Source: Octopus bimaculoides (taxonomy: Eukaryota). From it: a stretch of 56,971 nt of DNA. Position 1 is the stretch's first letter, and each line of letters starts with the position of its first letter. Where the stretch lies: the NCBI RefSeq assembly GCF_001194135.2, contig NC_068983.1, forward strand, positions 157,173,729-157,230,699. The letters are read 5' to 3'. The position numbers and the translations under genes are program-made. The notes beneath the pieces are model-generated. The model had not been told where the DNA came from. It saw nothing but the letters and a program-made list of their open reading frames with translations, and did not search any database. Of this stretch, positions 11,601 to 25,600 are shown in pieces.

Positions 11601-14600
11601 TTTATATATACATATATATATTGAGAACAGTGCATCCACCACATTCATGACACATATATTACATTGAAACAGTACCAAAACTACATAATGCATTCACCCA
11701 TCCTACTCCTGCATCAATTTCTGTGTATAACCTATATATTAAATACATTGCATTTCTGTAACTTCTCTACACATATATTTTAAGTTAATATTTAAAAATG
11801 TTAAAGCACTTTCTTCGTGAAAATTATTATTCTAATACACACAAAAAATACAACTGTAACTTATCTATTACCAGTATTTCACATTTTACAAGACCATGAT
11901 TAAGAACAAATATATATATGATATTTTAAAGCATTTTACATCAATTTTTTTACTCACTAATTAAATTTGAATACTCTCACGTATTATTAAAGTGACATGT
12001 TATAACTAGAGGATTGTTCAAAATATTTACAGTAAAGACTATGTGATTTTCAATGTAAAAATAAAAAATATCACAGAAAATATTTTAGTAATTCTTGATA
12101 TTCTTAATAAAATACTAGTCCAGTTAATCAGATATAAAAATTTATATTTCTTCAATAAAAAAATATAGATGTAAGAAATACATTTAAAATTCTTTCTATT
12201 CCTATTTAATAGAGAGCAATAAATCAGAAATAGTGTGCATTTCTTTACCTCCTCAGAAGTCAAAGCTTTCATTTGAGACGAATCCATATCTAAGCTAAAA
12301 TAAAAGTAGTATATTCATTAACATTAAATAACATTTTTATTAAAATAGTTAACATGCACTGATATTACTGGAATGCAGTATTCTAAAATTTAGAATAAGA
12401 AATATAAATTATCTACAGGACAATCCAAAGATGAATTTGGGCTGGGGATAGTTTGAGAAAGACCAGGAAAATGAATTTACAAATTCTGCAATTTATCATA
12501 TGACAATACAGCCTTTATATAATTCACAAAAAATTGTAGAGCTTATTTAAGATCATCTCTGTGTACATCAGTATAACAATCTTTTCAATACAAAGAATGT
12601 TTGGTAGTTGATTAAGGTTACTCAAACCCTAAAAGGTACATGAAATGTTATGAAATAATTTTTTTTAATCCCTGTGTTATTTATGTAGCATTGAATTTTC
12701 TCTGATTATTCCCAAAAGTATAATTAAGTTGGTGAATTTTAACTTTAAATGGGTTCACAGTTAAGCTTATGTATAACTCTGTCAGGGTTGCTATCTAATT
12801 TGATAGCCATAAAATATACAGTGGATATTGCAAGGCAATAGGCATGAATGTAAATTTCTCTGAGTTGTAGTGCATCTAAACACTGTATACAATAAGTTCT
12901 GTGTTCTGAGTTCAAATGCCACCCAAGTCGACTTTGCCTTTTGTCCTTTCAGAGTCAACCATCTAACAGAGATAGACAAAGAACCTAGAGATAGACAAAG
13001 AACAAAACAGTTAGATATCTATAGTCTCAGTTGGTCACACTTGGGAATCCAGCCAGTAAGTTTAATAATGGTTGCTTCTGATAAGACCCTACAAAGGAGA
13101 TACTTGAGGTCTCTACTCTCAAAACCCTCCCAGGGATAATGGGAAGAGAAGAAGGGTGGATGCATGAGTATGTTTTGGAGGAACCGAAAAGAAATATTTT
13201 TAGAATATCAGTATTAAACTTACTTAATGCCAAACAGCTTTTCACCGGTCTTTTCTGTTTTATTGGGCTTCAAATTTTCAAGTGTGAAATTTTCTTTGAT
13301 TTTCTCCACAGCTTCTTTATTTTCAAAAAAAGATGCTCCATGTTTAGTTGGCAACTCAGGAATTGGTTTTGTAGATTCCAGTACTCTTTGTTCAAAACAC
13401 TGAGCCAAAATAACCAAAAACAAATTCAAATTAGAAATTATTTTAATGAATCAATAATATTAAGAATAATATTAAGAAAATACATTACTTTTTAAACAAT
13501 AATAAAAAAAAATAAAAAGTATCTTATCTGACTAATCTTCTGAACTATGTGCAGTTTCTTTCAAATGTGCATATCAATGTTAATATTAAGAACATCTGCA
13601 TAATGTAATGTTTAGCTGATAAAATAATTTTTCACTTAAGAAGAACAAGACAACATTAGCAGCAGTTCATTAAATAGTTAAGAGACCAAGACAATGGTTT
13701 CAAATGTTGGCACAAGGCCAGCAATTTCATAGGAGTGGGGTAAGTCAATTACATCAACCCCAATGTTCAACTGGTACTTATTTTATCAACCTCAAAAAGA
13801 TAAAAGGCAAAGTGGGCCCTGGCAGCATTTGAACTCAGAATATAAAGTTGGTGTAGTGACAATTCTGCCAGCTCACCACCTGTGACCAAAACAATATTAA
13901 CATCAATTTTTTTTTTTTAATTTACTTTATTAAACAATTATACATTTACTCCACTCATTTCTTTCATTTTCTACTGCAAAAATACTGACTAAAAGCAAAT
14001 CTTGTTGTAGATCACATTAATATCACATCAATTAATAGTGATTTCAAATTTTGGCACAAGGCCAGCAATTTCAGGGTAGGGGGTTAGTTGATTATTTCAA
14101 TCCCAGTGCTCAACTGGCACTTGTTTTATCGACCCCCAAAAGACAGAATATGAACGCCGAGCATTAGGATAGATAAAATGTTGCTAAAATTTAAGAATGA
14201 AGTAATAAACAATCAATAATTCATACCTGATAAAATTTCTGCAAAGATGGTGTAGATACGTATTTTGTATTTAAAAATTTGTGTTTTCCTTCATTACTAA
14301 ATAAAAATAAAATATTTGATTTATTATATCAAAATATTATAACAAGTCAACAATTTCTGAGAATAAATCAGTTTCAGACAGTGAAGATACAAAGATATCT
14401 TATTTATACAATTAAAATATATTTCTTTACATAACTTGTTGAGTGCCACAGACCAAATCCATGGCTGGTGCAAAGCCCCAACCAGACATAGGGTGACGTG
14501 GTGATCCCAACCAGACCTAGGGTAACGTGGAATGATGTTGTAGACAAGACTATTAGAGTGAAGAAACAGGCCTAGAAGGGCTGGAAGAATGGTTGTAGCA

Positions 14601-17600
14601 GAGAACTATATCAGGAGGGAGGCTAGAAGATAGGTATACTTAGCCAAGGGAGACGCAGAAAAGAGGAAGTTTACCAATGTGAGGACCAGAGGCTTGAGGT
14701 GTTCCGGATTGCAAGGCAAGTGTATCAGAGAAAATCGGGATGTGGTAGGAGAGAAATGCATTTGCATGGCTGATGGCTCCCTTGTAGTTAGTAATTCTGC
14801 AAAGAAGGGGGCTTGGAAGTGCCACTATGAAAAGTTACTAAATGTAGAGAATGCAGGAGAGAAGGACAGCCTGCCTAATGTGGACCCAACAAAGGGGCTG
14901 GTTATTCAAATTGACAGTAGCTTAGTAGATAAAGCGATTAAAGATATGAAGATAGGGGAAGCCTCCAGCCCATCAGGAATCACTGCTGAGATGCTTAAAG
15001 TATTTGGTGGAGTGGGGTATGACCTGATCACCCCGTATAATTAATCAGGTTGTCCACAAAGAAGTCATACCCAATGATTGATGTAGCAGCATTATAGTCA
15101 ACTGCTGCAAAGGTAATACCCTAGACAGAAATAATTACAGAGGCATCAAATCGCTGGACCAGGTGATGAAAGTTGCAAAAAGGGTGATAGCTCAATTAAT
15201 TAAAAAGAGAGTTAACATAGATGCGATGCAGTTTGGATTTGTGTCAAGAGAAGCATCACCAATGCTATCTTCCTGATGAGGCAACTGCAGGAGAAATATT
15301 TGGCCAAAAATAAACATTGTTGACATGGAGAAAGCCTTTGACAGGGTCCCCAACTACCTTATCTGGTGAGCAATGTGGAAGCTAGGGATAGATGAGTGGT
15401 TAGTGAGAGCTGTATAAGCCATGTACACGGATGCTGTTAATAAGTTATGAGTTGCCGATGAGTATATCAAAGAGTTTAATATACAAGTAGAAGTCAACCA
15501 GGGTTCAGTTCTTAGCCCCCTTTTATTTATCATGGTCTGCCAAGCTATAACTGAGGAATTTAAGACTGGCTGCACTTGGAAGGTTCTCTATGCTGATGAC
15601 CTTGTTCTTATTGCTGAATCACTACAAGAACAAGAGAAGAAATTTTAGGTATGGAAGCATGGATTGGAATCAAAGGGCCTTAGAGTTAATTTAGCAAAGA
15701 TCAAAGTGTTGATAAGTAGGAAAACAGACAAATCACAGATCTCTTCAGGGAGATGGCCCTGCTTGATATGTAGAAAAGGTGCCAGGAGAAACTCCATAAA
15801 GTGTACTCAGTGTAAGTTATGGACACATAAGAAGTGCAGCATTATCACTGGAAAACTAACAGAGAAAATAGTCTTTACGTGTGACAGATGTGCAGGTTCA
15901 TTAAACACCAGAAATGTTCAAAAAATAGATTCCTTCAAATGTCAGGGATGGATCCTTAGAAGTAGTAGACAGTTTCTGCTACTTAGGTGACCAAGTTAGT
16001 AGCGGGAGAGGTTGTTCCAAAAAGCATAGCTGCTAGAATAAGAATAGGCTGGGCAAAGTTCAGAGAACTACTACCTCTGTTAGTAACAAAGGGCCTCTCC
16101 TTCAAAGTGAAAGGCAGATTGTATGATGCCTGTAACAAATAGCTAAGCTACAGTGAGACATGGACTACGACTACTGAGGATATATGAAGATTTGAAAGAA
16201 ATGAAACCAGTATGCTCTGCTGGATGGGTAATGTCAGTGTGCATATACAACAGAGTATGATTTGAGAAAAAAAGCTGGGTATACGAGGCATCAGATATAG
16301 CCTGCAAGAGAGAAGACTGTGCTTTATGGCCATGTAATGCATATGAATGAAAAGTTGCATCAAGAGGTGATGATCTCTAATTGTAGAGGGAACATGAGGA
16401 AGGGGTATACCCAGGAAGACGTGGGATGAAAAGGTGAGAAAGAGACTCACTTCCTATGACAACCTCAAAAAGTGACATCTTTATTTCTCTTACTTTGCAT
16501 TGTCACCAAATGCAAAGGTACTGGTGCCATTCCAAACCTATTTCTACTTAATTATATCCCAATTCGTACACCAACAATTTTACAATACAGAATACCATCT
16601 ACCTCCTTTCTTGATAAATAAGCATGTCATATGTTAATATTGTTTACATATCAGGACTACATAATAACATTAATAAGAGAGGCCTCTATATAATTGCTGA
16701 ACTTGCAAGCAATAGCAGCCAAAACCTTCCTTAACCCTTCAGCATTCTGATTGCTCTGTCAAATGTAATGTTTATATATTCACATTGTTTGAATTAATGA
16801 TGCATTATCTCATAACTTTGAGACGTTGATGATACCATTGTTTACTTTTACAATGATATTGTAGCGTTTGTGTGAGTGGGTGCATCAGGCCGGTTTACAT
16901 ATAAAACAGGTAAAATATTTGGGCCAGATATGACCTGTTTAAATGCTAAAGGGTTAAACCACACCCTGAAGTCTTAAAAAAAATGAACATATTGGTCAAT
17001 ATAATCCTAGATAACACATTTTCTGGCATACAAGTCAAATTTTTCAGACCAAAATTTACAGCCAAAAAAAGGTGGATCAATTTATACACCACGACAATTT
17101 TGAAGGACGACAACTTTCATGTGAAATGCAGCAGGATTTGGAAAGATAGTGACAACATTTGAATGTTTGGACTACATGTTTGCACTATCTTCTACATCAA
17201 GTTGTATACCAGAAAATACAGTATATAAAAAGATCATGCTTGGAAATTCTTTGATCATAGATCTCCTCAATCAGGACTACCAAGGCTTAAGTAGCAAGAA
17301 CTATTTAAACCTTAATTTTGATAAGATTAAATGACAAAGTATAATAAACTCACGAAAATGTCATAGTGTCAATCAAGTTATCCATAGCCTTCAGCTGTGC
17401 ATCTGTAAAAAGATTTAAATGTAAATAATTATACCATTTAACACTTCATTAAATATTTACATTAATTCAAAAAATATCAGCTAACATTATCAAAAACTAC
17501 ATTAAGTGAGCTTCTAAGTAGCTGTTTAACCAGCTAAAAATAGCAGTCAAATTTCTCTCAAATCACACCCTCACCATCTTTAAAAAAGGGAAGGCATAGT

Positions 17601-19575
17601 CCTGGATACATACAAGAAAGACATAGCCGGAACTCCTTTGAGCTTAGGTCTGTTCATACAGGGCTGATCAATGACTAAACAACACTAAAGGATTCCAAAC
17701 TTACTTGATGGTTTGAACTTCTTCGGAGTGTCACAGCTATCCACTGGTAGTGGGTCAAATTCACAATTAAGTATATCTTCATAAAATGGTAATTCGTAAT
17801 ATATCATACACTGAAGAATTGAAAGAAAAAGAAATCAAATTACATGTAAACCACAATAGAAATATAAATTAAATAAACTATGGAAGTGTTGTTTGCAAGA
17901 AAAAACACAGGGAGAATACCTAGTGGATAAAAGAAAAGCTGTAATAGAGCAAAACAGACAAGGTGCATTGAGTAGAAATGATTGTTATACGGGTACAAAA
18001 ACTGATAGGTTGTAATAACAAATTCAAACATGGGAACAATGACATAGAAAATATCAGAGAAAAATCAGAGAATAGAAAAACAGATTGACAGAAACAATGA
18101 TAATAAATAAACATTAAAAAGAAAACTAGAAATATTAAAGCACAACTCAGCATTTAGCATTTACTGCAGTATATGCCATTTGTGTTGAAGAGATGGATAA
18201 ACCAGGTACCTAGAAACATTCTCAGTCATTGAGAAACCACAAGTATAAAAAGAACATTGACTGTCTTCTTCAATCTGTTAGTGATATATTGCCATACAGC
18301 AAAACTTATTCATATTACTTTAGACTTACATTAAGTTTACCCCCAATAATACATGTGTGCCTTCCTTCCAGTCTGCCTGTCTACATGTCTTTCATTTAAT
18401 AAATTCTCATGTTTATTTGCCATCCATTTGTCATCCACGTGGTACCAGTGAGTCACTACCAGATGAACCTGTCTGAGATTGTATCAACATTTCAATGGTA
18501 ACAAGAATTTTAGAACATTCCTGATACTCACAGCATACTTTCCTAACTCGATACTAAATCACTCGTATTAATACTCTCATGTAGAAAACTTGTAGAATAA
18601 TAATAGTTATCATAGTCGAAAATAAATATTTTCATACTGAAAATAAATGCTTTGCTGTTATAGTCATGCTTTTGCTGTAATCAATCTTATAATGGTGTTA
18701 TAGGAAAGTGGTTATACACCATTAGGTGTATACCCGCTTCCATACATTAAATTCTAGAAGAAACAACGGAACGCAGATTCTGATCCATCAACACAACAAT
18801 ATTTATTTACAGAGAAAATAGGCAGCACTTCGCCCTTTGGTTACTGAGACGCCGTCAATGATGTTGAGTGGTTATTTGTCTAGCTCCAGAGTAGGAATGT
18901 TGGAAAGAGCTGTCTCCAGAGTTGGAATGTTGGAGAGACTGCTTGACACGTCCAGGTTCATTGCCGGCCGGCCGAGAAAGAGAATGAATAAGGGCGCGAA
19001 ACTTGGATCTCTAATGCCCACGAGACTCTTCCCGTGTTCCTTCCGGAACTAATCTCTGCGCATGCGTGGATAAGCTTACCGGAAAGGTCATCTGCTAGTA
19101 AGGCGTTACTACACTGTCATTCATTTTCAACACAGGCTGACAGTACATTTGCTATTACTTGCAATGCACCACAGCCATAACGAAAAATAAAACTGTAGGT
19201 CATTAGAACCATTTTGCTTTTTTAATTCATTCATGGCCGTTGATCATTAACAACGTCGCCTCCCTGGCACTTGTACCAGTGGCACGTGAAAAGACATTCG
19301 AGCGAGATTGTTGCCAGTGCCGCTGGACTAGCTCCTCTGCAGATGGCACGTAAAATACACCATTTCCATCGTGGCCGTCGCCAGTACCGCCTGACTGGCC
19401 CTCGTGCCGGTGGCAAGTAAAACACCCACTACACTCTCGGAGTGGTTGGCGTTAGGAAAGGCATCCAGCTGTAGAAACTCTGCCAAATCAGATTGGAGCC
19501 TGGTGTCGCCTCCTGGTCCACCAGTCCTCAGTCAAATTGTCCAACCCATGCTAGCATGGAAAGCAGACGTTAAAC

Positions 19576-19613
<38 letters not shown>

Positions 19614-22600
19614 NNNNNNNNNNNNNNNNNNNNNNNNNNNNNNNNNNNNNNNNNNNNNNNNNNNNNNNNNNNNNNNNNNNNNNNNNNNNNNNNNNNNNNN
19701 NNNNNNNNNNNNNNNNNNNNNNNNNNNNNNNNNNNNNNNNNNNNNNNNNNNNNNNNNNNNNNNNNNNNNNNNNNNNNNNNNNNNNNNNNNNNNNNNNNNN
19801 NNNNNNNNNNNNNNNNNNNNNNNNNNNNNNNNNNNNNNNNNNNNNNNNNNNNNNNNNNNNNNNNNNNNNNNNNNNNNNNNNNNNNNNNNNNNNNNNNNNN
19901 NNNNNNNNNNNNNNNNNNNNNNNNNNNNNNNNNNNNNNNNNNNNNNNNNNNNNNNNNNNNNNNNNNNNNNNNNNNNNNNNNNNNNNNNNNNNNNNNNNNN
20001 NNNNNNNNNNNNNNNNNNNNNNNNNNNNNNNNNNNNNNNNNNNNNNNNNNNNNNNNNNNNNNNNNNNNNNNNNNNNNNNNNNNNNNNNNNNNNNNNNNNN
20101 NNNNNNNNNNNNNNNNNNNNNNNNNNNNNNNNNNNNNNNNNNNNNNNNNNNNNNNNNNNNNNNNNNNNNNNNNNNNNNNNNNNNNNNNNNNNNNNNNNNN
20201 NNNNNNNNNNNNNNNNNNNNNNNNNNNNNNNNNNNNNNNNNNNNNNNNNNNNNNNNNNNNNNNNNNNNNNNNNNNNNNNNNNNNNNNNNNNNNNNNNNNN
20301 NNNNNNNNNNNNNNNNNNNNNNNNNNNNNNNNNNNNNNNNNNNNNNNNNNNNNNNNNNNNNNNNNNNNNNNNNNNNNNNNNNNNNNNNNNNNNNNNNNNN
20401 NNNNNNNNNNNNNNNNNNACTTGGCTTGCCGGGTCTTCTCACGCACAGCACATTTCCAAAGGTCTCGGTCAGTAGTCATCGCCTCGGTGAGGCCCAATGT
20501 ACGAAGGTCTTGCCTCACCACCTCAGCCCAGGTCTTCCTGGGCCTACCTCTTCCACGGGTTCCCTCAACTGTTAGGGTGTGGCACTTTTTCACGCAGCTA
20601 TCCTCATCCATTCTCACCACATGTCCATACCAGCGCAATCATCTCTCTTGCACACCACAACTGATGCTTCTAATGTTCAGCTTTTCTCTCAAGATACTTA
20701 CACTCTGACGGTTTGGCAATTTAATTCTAGTGTTGGAACTGATAATATAACATGTACAAGATAGGAAGAATTTTAGGGTCATGATGCTTTCTTTATAATG
20801 GCTAGATTATTTGATTACATGTATCAGAAGCTTAACACCATATAAAAGTGATGAGATCAAAATGAGATCTGTTGATGGTAGTTATCTAAACTGACAACAA
20901 ATGGAATGCAGTAATCCTTCGCCGTATTGTGGTTCACCTATCACGTACTCAGTACATCACAGATTGTTCTGGCTAATATATAGGCACAGGAGTGGCTGTG
21001 TGGTAACTAGCTTGCTTACCAACCGCATGGTTCCAGGTTCAGTCCCACTGTGTGGCACTTTGGGAAAGTATCTTCTACTATAGCCTCAGGCCAACCAGAA
21101 CCTTGTGAGTGGATTTGGTAGACGGAAACTGAAAGAAGCCCGTCGTATATATATGTATGTATGTGCATGTATATGTTTGTGTGTCTGTGTTTGTCTCCCC
21201 CAACATCGCTTGACAACTGATGCTGGTGTGTTTATATTCCCGTAACTTAGTGGTTCAGCAAAAGAGACTGATGGAATAAGTACTAGGCTTACAAAGAATA
21301 AGTCCTGGGGTTGATTTACTCGACTAAAGGTGGTGCCCCACAGTCAAATGATTGAAACAAGTAAAAGTAAAAAAGAACATGTAAATTTATATCGCAGAAT
21401 CCTCAGTATATCATGGGTTTCTGCAGTCAATAATAATTTAGATTTTTTTAGATTTTAATTATTTCTGTGGGAGGTTTTGGAATGTAACACCTGTGATAGT
21501 CGAGGGATTACTGTAATTAAAAAATATGCAAGACATTAGCCTATGTATTCAATGATGTGAAAATGGGTAACATGTTTGGTACAAAGGTATTTCAAATTGA
21601 ATATAAAAGGTAAGCTAAATGAAATAAACTGGGATTTAAAAGGTCTTACATATGAAATGACATAAGAATCATGTCTTCAGAAAAAAAATCTACATTACAG
21701 ACGCTTCCTCTATAGAGAAACAGACCTACTGATGATGACAGCCAATCATTATAATAAAGAATAAATCTCCCTTACCTCATAATCATTTTTGATATGTGGT
21801 TTAAGACAACCAATTCGAGGTCCTGAACGTGCATCATAAACTCTTCTTACAATAGCAAGCATATTAGTTTCAAATAATGCATTAACCAAAGCTGAGAACG
21901 CAACAGATATTACCTTTAGGAAGAAAAAAAATAACATTTATATTTAGTATAAGAAAAACGTCATTTGAGATTTTAAAAATTTTTTAAAAAGAATAAGAAA
22001 AAACAAAATTAACATCAATGAAGAGAAACTAAGTGACTATAGATTGACGTATACATATAGATCTTCAAGAAAATACACCCACAACTTATAATTAACATTA
22101 TATCTTTTTTTTTATTACTCAACCCTCCTCACTGGCTTATCAATCTCTAACTCTCACTAAAACCCTGATGTTACTTTTCACTTCCCATCTATTACACACT
22201 TCCCTAACAATGTCCCTACTTTCTCTCAACAATAAACCTGTGTAACCCCAATAAAATCTGTCTTGAACCTTAATGAACCATCCAACCCATGCTGACATGG
22301 CAGATGAACTGATCCATTCCATTACTGGATCCACCTACTCAACCCACCTCGTTACCATTTCCACTTTGTCCACTCCCTCTCTTTTTCACACTAACCTTTA
22401 ACATTACTTATCCTCTTCACGTCTCCTATTCCCACCCCAACACTCTGACAAGGGAGTACCAAAGAGAAACAGGAGTTTCACAATATCATTTTAGTCACTT
22501 AATATTAAAGCGTGAACACCACTTGTAAACCTGTATTTTGCACATGGCAGCATCCTTGTAAGTTGTTTGAAGCTTGACAACTGCTTTGGCCGCCGTTTTC

Positions 22601-25600
22601 CACAGCAGAAAACAGAATTTCACAGAAGCACATTTTGTTCCTTCATTTCAGTCATTGCAAAAATCGATGAACAGAGGAGAAGCACTGCAAAACAAAGACA
22701 CACCACATGGCAGCACGACTCCACCCAATGACACTGGTCAGCAGACTGATGCCTGAGGGTCGCATCAAGAGGCTTCTAACAGCGGAAGCCTGAACTACAA
22801 TGGGCTTGTCCCACAGAGAATGTTCCTGGTCATTACCATCCTCTCACAAATTTATTCCTTTCTACCATCCTCCCTTTCATTTCACAAGCTACATGGTGAC
22901 CCCCAACTGCTGGTGCTACAACAAGCACCTACTACACTCTGTTTGGTAATCAATTCAAACAGTGACAACTCAGAGCCGAAGATGGCTCTTTTGTCTTGCT
23001 AAAGGCAAGGCAATCTCTGTAGTGCTGATATTACAAGAAAATGTGTCCAGTACACTCTGTAAAGTAGCTGATGTTATCCAGCTATAGAAACCTTTGACCA
23101 CTGAATCCTGTTGAATTATCTTGTAGGAAAGTGGTTATACACCATTAGGTGTACACCGCTTCCGTACATTAAATTTCTAGAAGAAACAACGGAATGCAGA
23201 TTCTGAACCATCAACACAACAATATTTATTTACAGAGGAAATAGGCAGCACTTTGCCCTTTGGTTGCTGAGACGCCGTCATTGATGTTGGTGGTTATTTG
23301 TCTAGCTCCAGAGTTGGAATGTTGGAAAGAGCTGTCTCCAGAGTTGGAAAGAGCTGTCTCCAGAGTTGGAAAGAGCTGTCTCCAGAGTTGGAAAGAGCTG
23401 TCTCCAGAGTTGGAATGTTGGAGACAGGCTGCTTGTACGTCTGAGCTCATTGCCGGCCGGCCGAGAAAGAGAATGAATAAGGGCGCGAAACTTGGATCTC
23501 GAATGACCACGCATGCGCACGAGACTCTTCCCGTGTTCCTTCCGGAACTAGTCCCTGCGCATGCATGGATAAGCTTACCGGAAATGTCTTCTGCTATTAA
23601 GGCGTTACTACAATCTGAAACATGCCAGCAAGGAAAGCAAACATAAAATGACAATGGTGGCAGTGACCATGGCAACAATAGTGACAACAATGATGACGAA
23701 TTTTGAATTATAATCTGAATCTTCAGAAGCAAATTACTTTATTATGAAAAGAAAAATATTCATTTTTTTCAATTATCCCAACAGATGCATTTAAATGCTG
23801 TGCAAAGCACTTTTTTCATTTACAAATGAAAACGTCTTTATTTTAATGGCAATAATTACAAAAATATTAAATAACATACTTGATCATTTGGTTCTGCTAT
23901 TACATACATAGTATTATCTCCCATGTAACTATAAGCTGGAACCTGCAGCAACAAAAAAAAAATAATGCAAATAATTTTACTTTTTATTGATTCTCTTAAC
24001 ATCATATATTTTATTTTTTACTTATTTCAGCCAGACTGAAGCCATGCTAAAGAACTTTAGTCAAACAAATCAACCTCAGTATTTACAGTATAGTCCCGCT
24101 TATTCATGGTTTGGCATTCATGGTCCCGGTTATTCTCGGAACTGGTAATTGTTCGTGGAAACAACTGCATATTCACAGAATTGTAAACATCGTCCGCAAT
24201 TTTTTATGGCATTTTTTCTGGCAATATATACTTTTCCACACATTTTAAGGCTAAATTATTAATAATAATATACTGTATTTGCCAGTTTACCGGACATCCG
24301 TTGACAGCTGAAGATCCCTCTAATTAGAATAGCCGTGCATCATGTCGCTTAATTTTTTTTTTTTCAAATACAAGTACACAGTATCTTGTATCTCTTATTC
24401 TTCCTTTCAATCAAAGCTTGCTAATTAGTATAGCGACTACCAGTGCATTTTTTAAAATTATCGCTACATTTGATCATGCACAATGTTTATTTCAACAGGA
24501 TAATTTTTAAGGTCATGAGCCAATGTAGCCTCATTGAAATTAGGTTACTTGCTGGTCCCTCTCTCTCTCATTATTATAGTATAGATTATATAGTATGTAG
24601 CATATGGTGCTTTCATTGACAACATAATAGCAACCTACTGCAGCGTAACTTTTACCTTCCCAGAACATATCCAGCAGTTGTGCCTTCTCGTGGAGCATCA
24701 TGACCTTTTTCTGGCGCTTAGGTTCACTGCCAGAAGTCTTAGAAGGTGTAGGGCGTTTGGGTGGCATCTTAGGGCTTTAATAATATGCTGCAAAAAACAC
24801 AGCACTCAACAAAATACTAGAGATAGCTATTGGACGCAGTTTTTCCAAAAAAAAATTTAGTTTGTATCAAGTGGTAATACAAACTAAATTTTTCAAAACC
24901 ATGATTATCTATAATCTCTGCTCAACCTCCCATTGGTGGTATGCGCATATCAGATGCAATAAAGATTTTTTTGTAGGTTTTTTTTCTTTGGAAAAACTGT
25001 GTCCAGTAGCTATCTCTAGTATTTTGTTGAGCGCTGTGTTTTTTGCAACATGTTATTAAAGCTCTAAGATGCCACCCAAATTCCCCTCACCTTCTAAGAC
25101 TTCTGGCAGTGAACCTAAGCACCAGAAAAAGGTTATGACACTCCATGAAAAGGCACAACTGTTGGATCACGAACATTGGCGGCATCAACAATGGAGGTTG
25201 ATAGTCTTCCTGATGAGCGTTGGTACTGCGTTGCCACCTCGGATGGTAGAGTGAGGGTGTGGAGTAGGAAGGGTGAATGCTACAGAGACACATGTATCAT
25301 GGAGAGAAACATGTAGGGTGGCCAAAGCATCATGATTTGGGGTATTATAGGCCTGAATCAGAGAATTGGGCCCCATGTGTTCCAAAATGTTGGTGCAGAC
25401 AGAGGGAATGGCACCACAACTCCAAAGATCTCACATTATACCTTTCTTCACACATCAACATAGCCACGTGTTCCAGCAGGACAATACTCCCTCCCACATG
25501 GCCCGGGTCACCATGCACTTCCTGCGTTGCCACAACATCAGAACCAAGACGTAGCCAGCTCTCAGCCTGGATTTGTACCCAACTGAACACTTGTGGGATG

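Noticed and set aside
23226-23732. 168-aa and 128-aa ORFs (and similar ones at 4087-4419 and 18837-19052)
   Set aside because: They lie in solo LTRs, are driven by the internal tandem repeat, and are not conserved in frame between copies.
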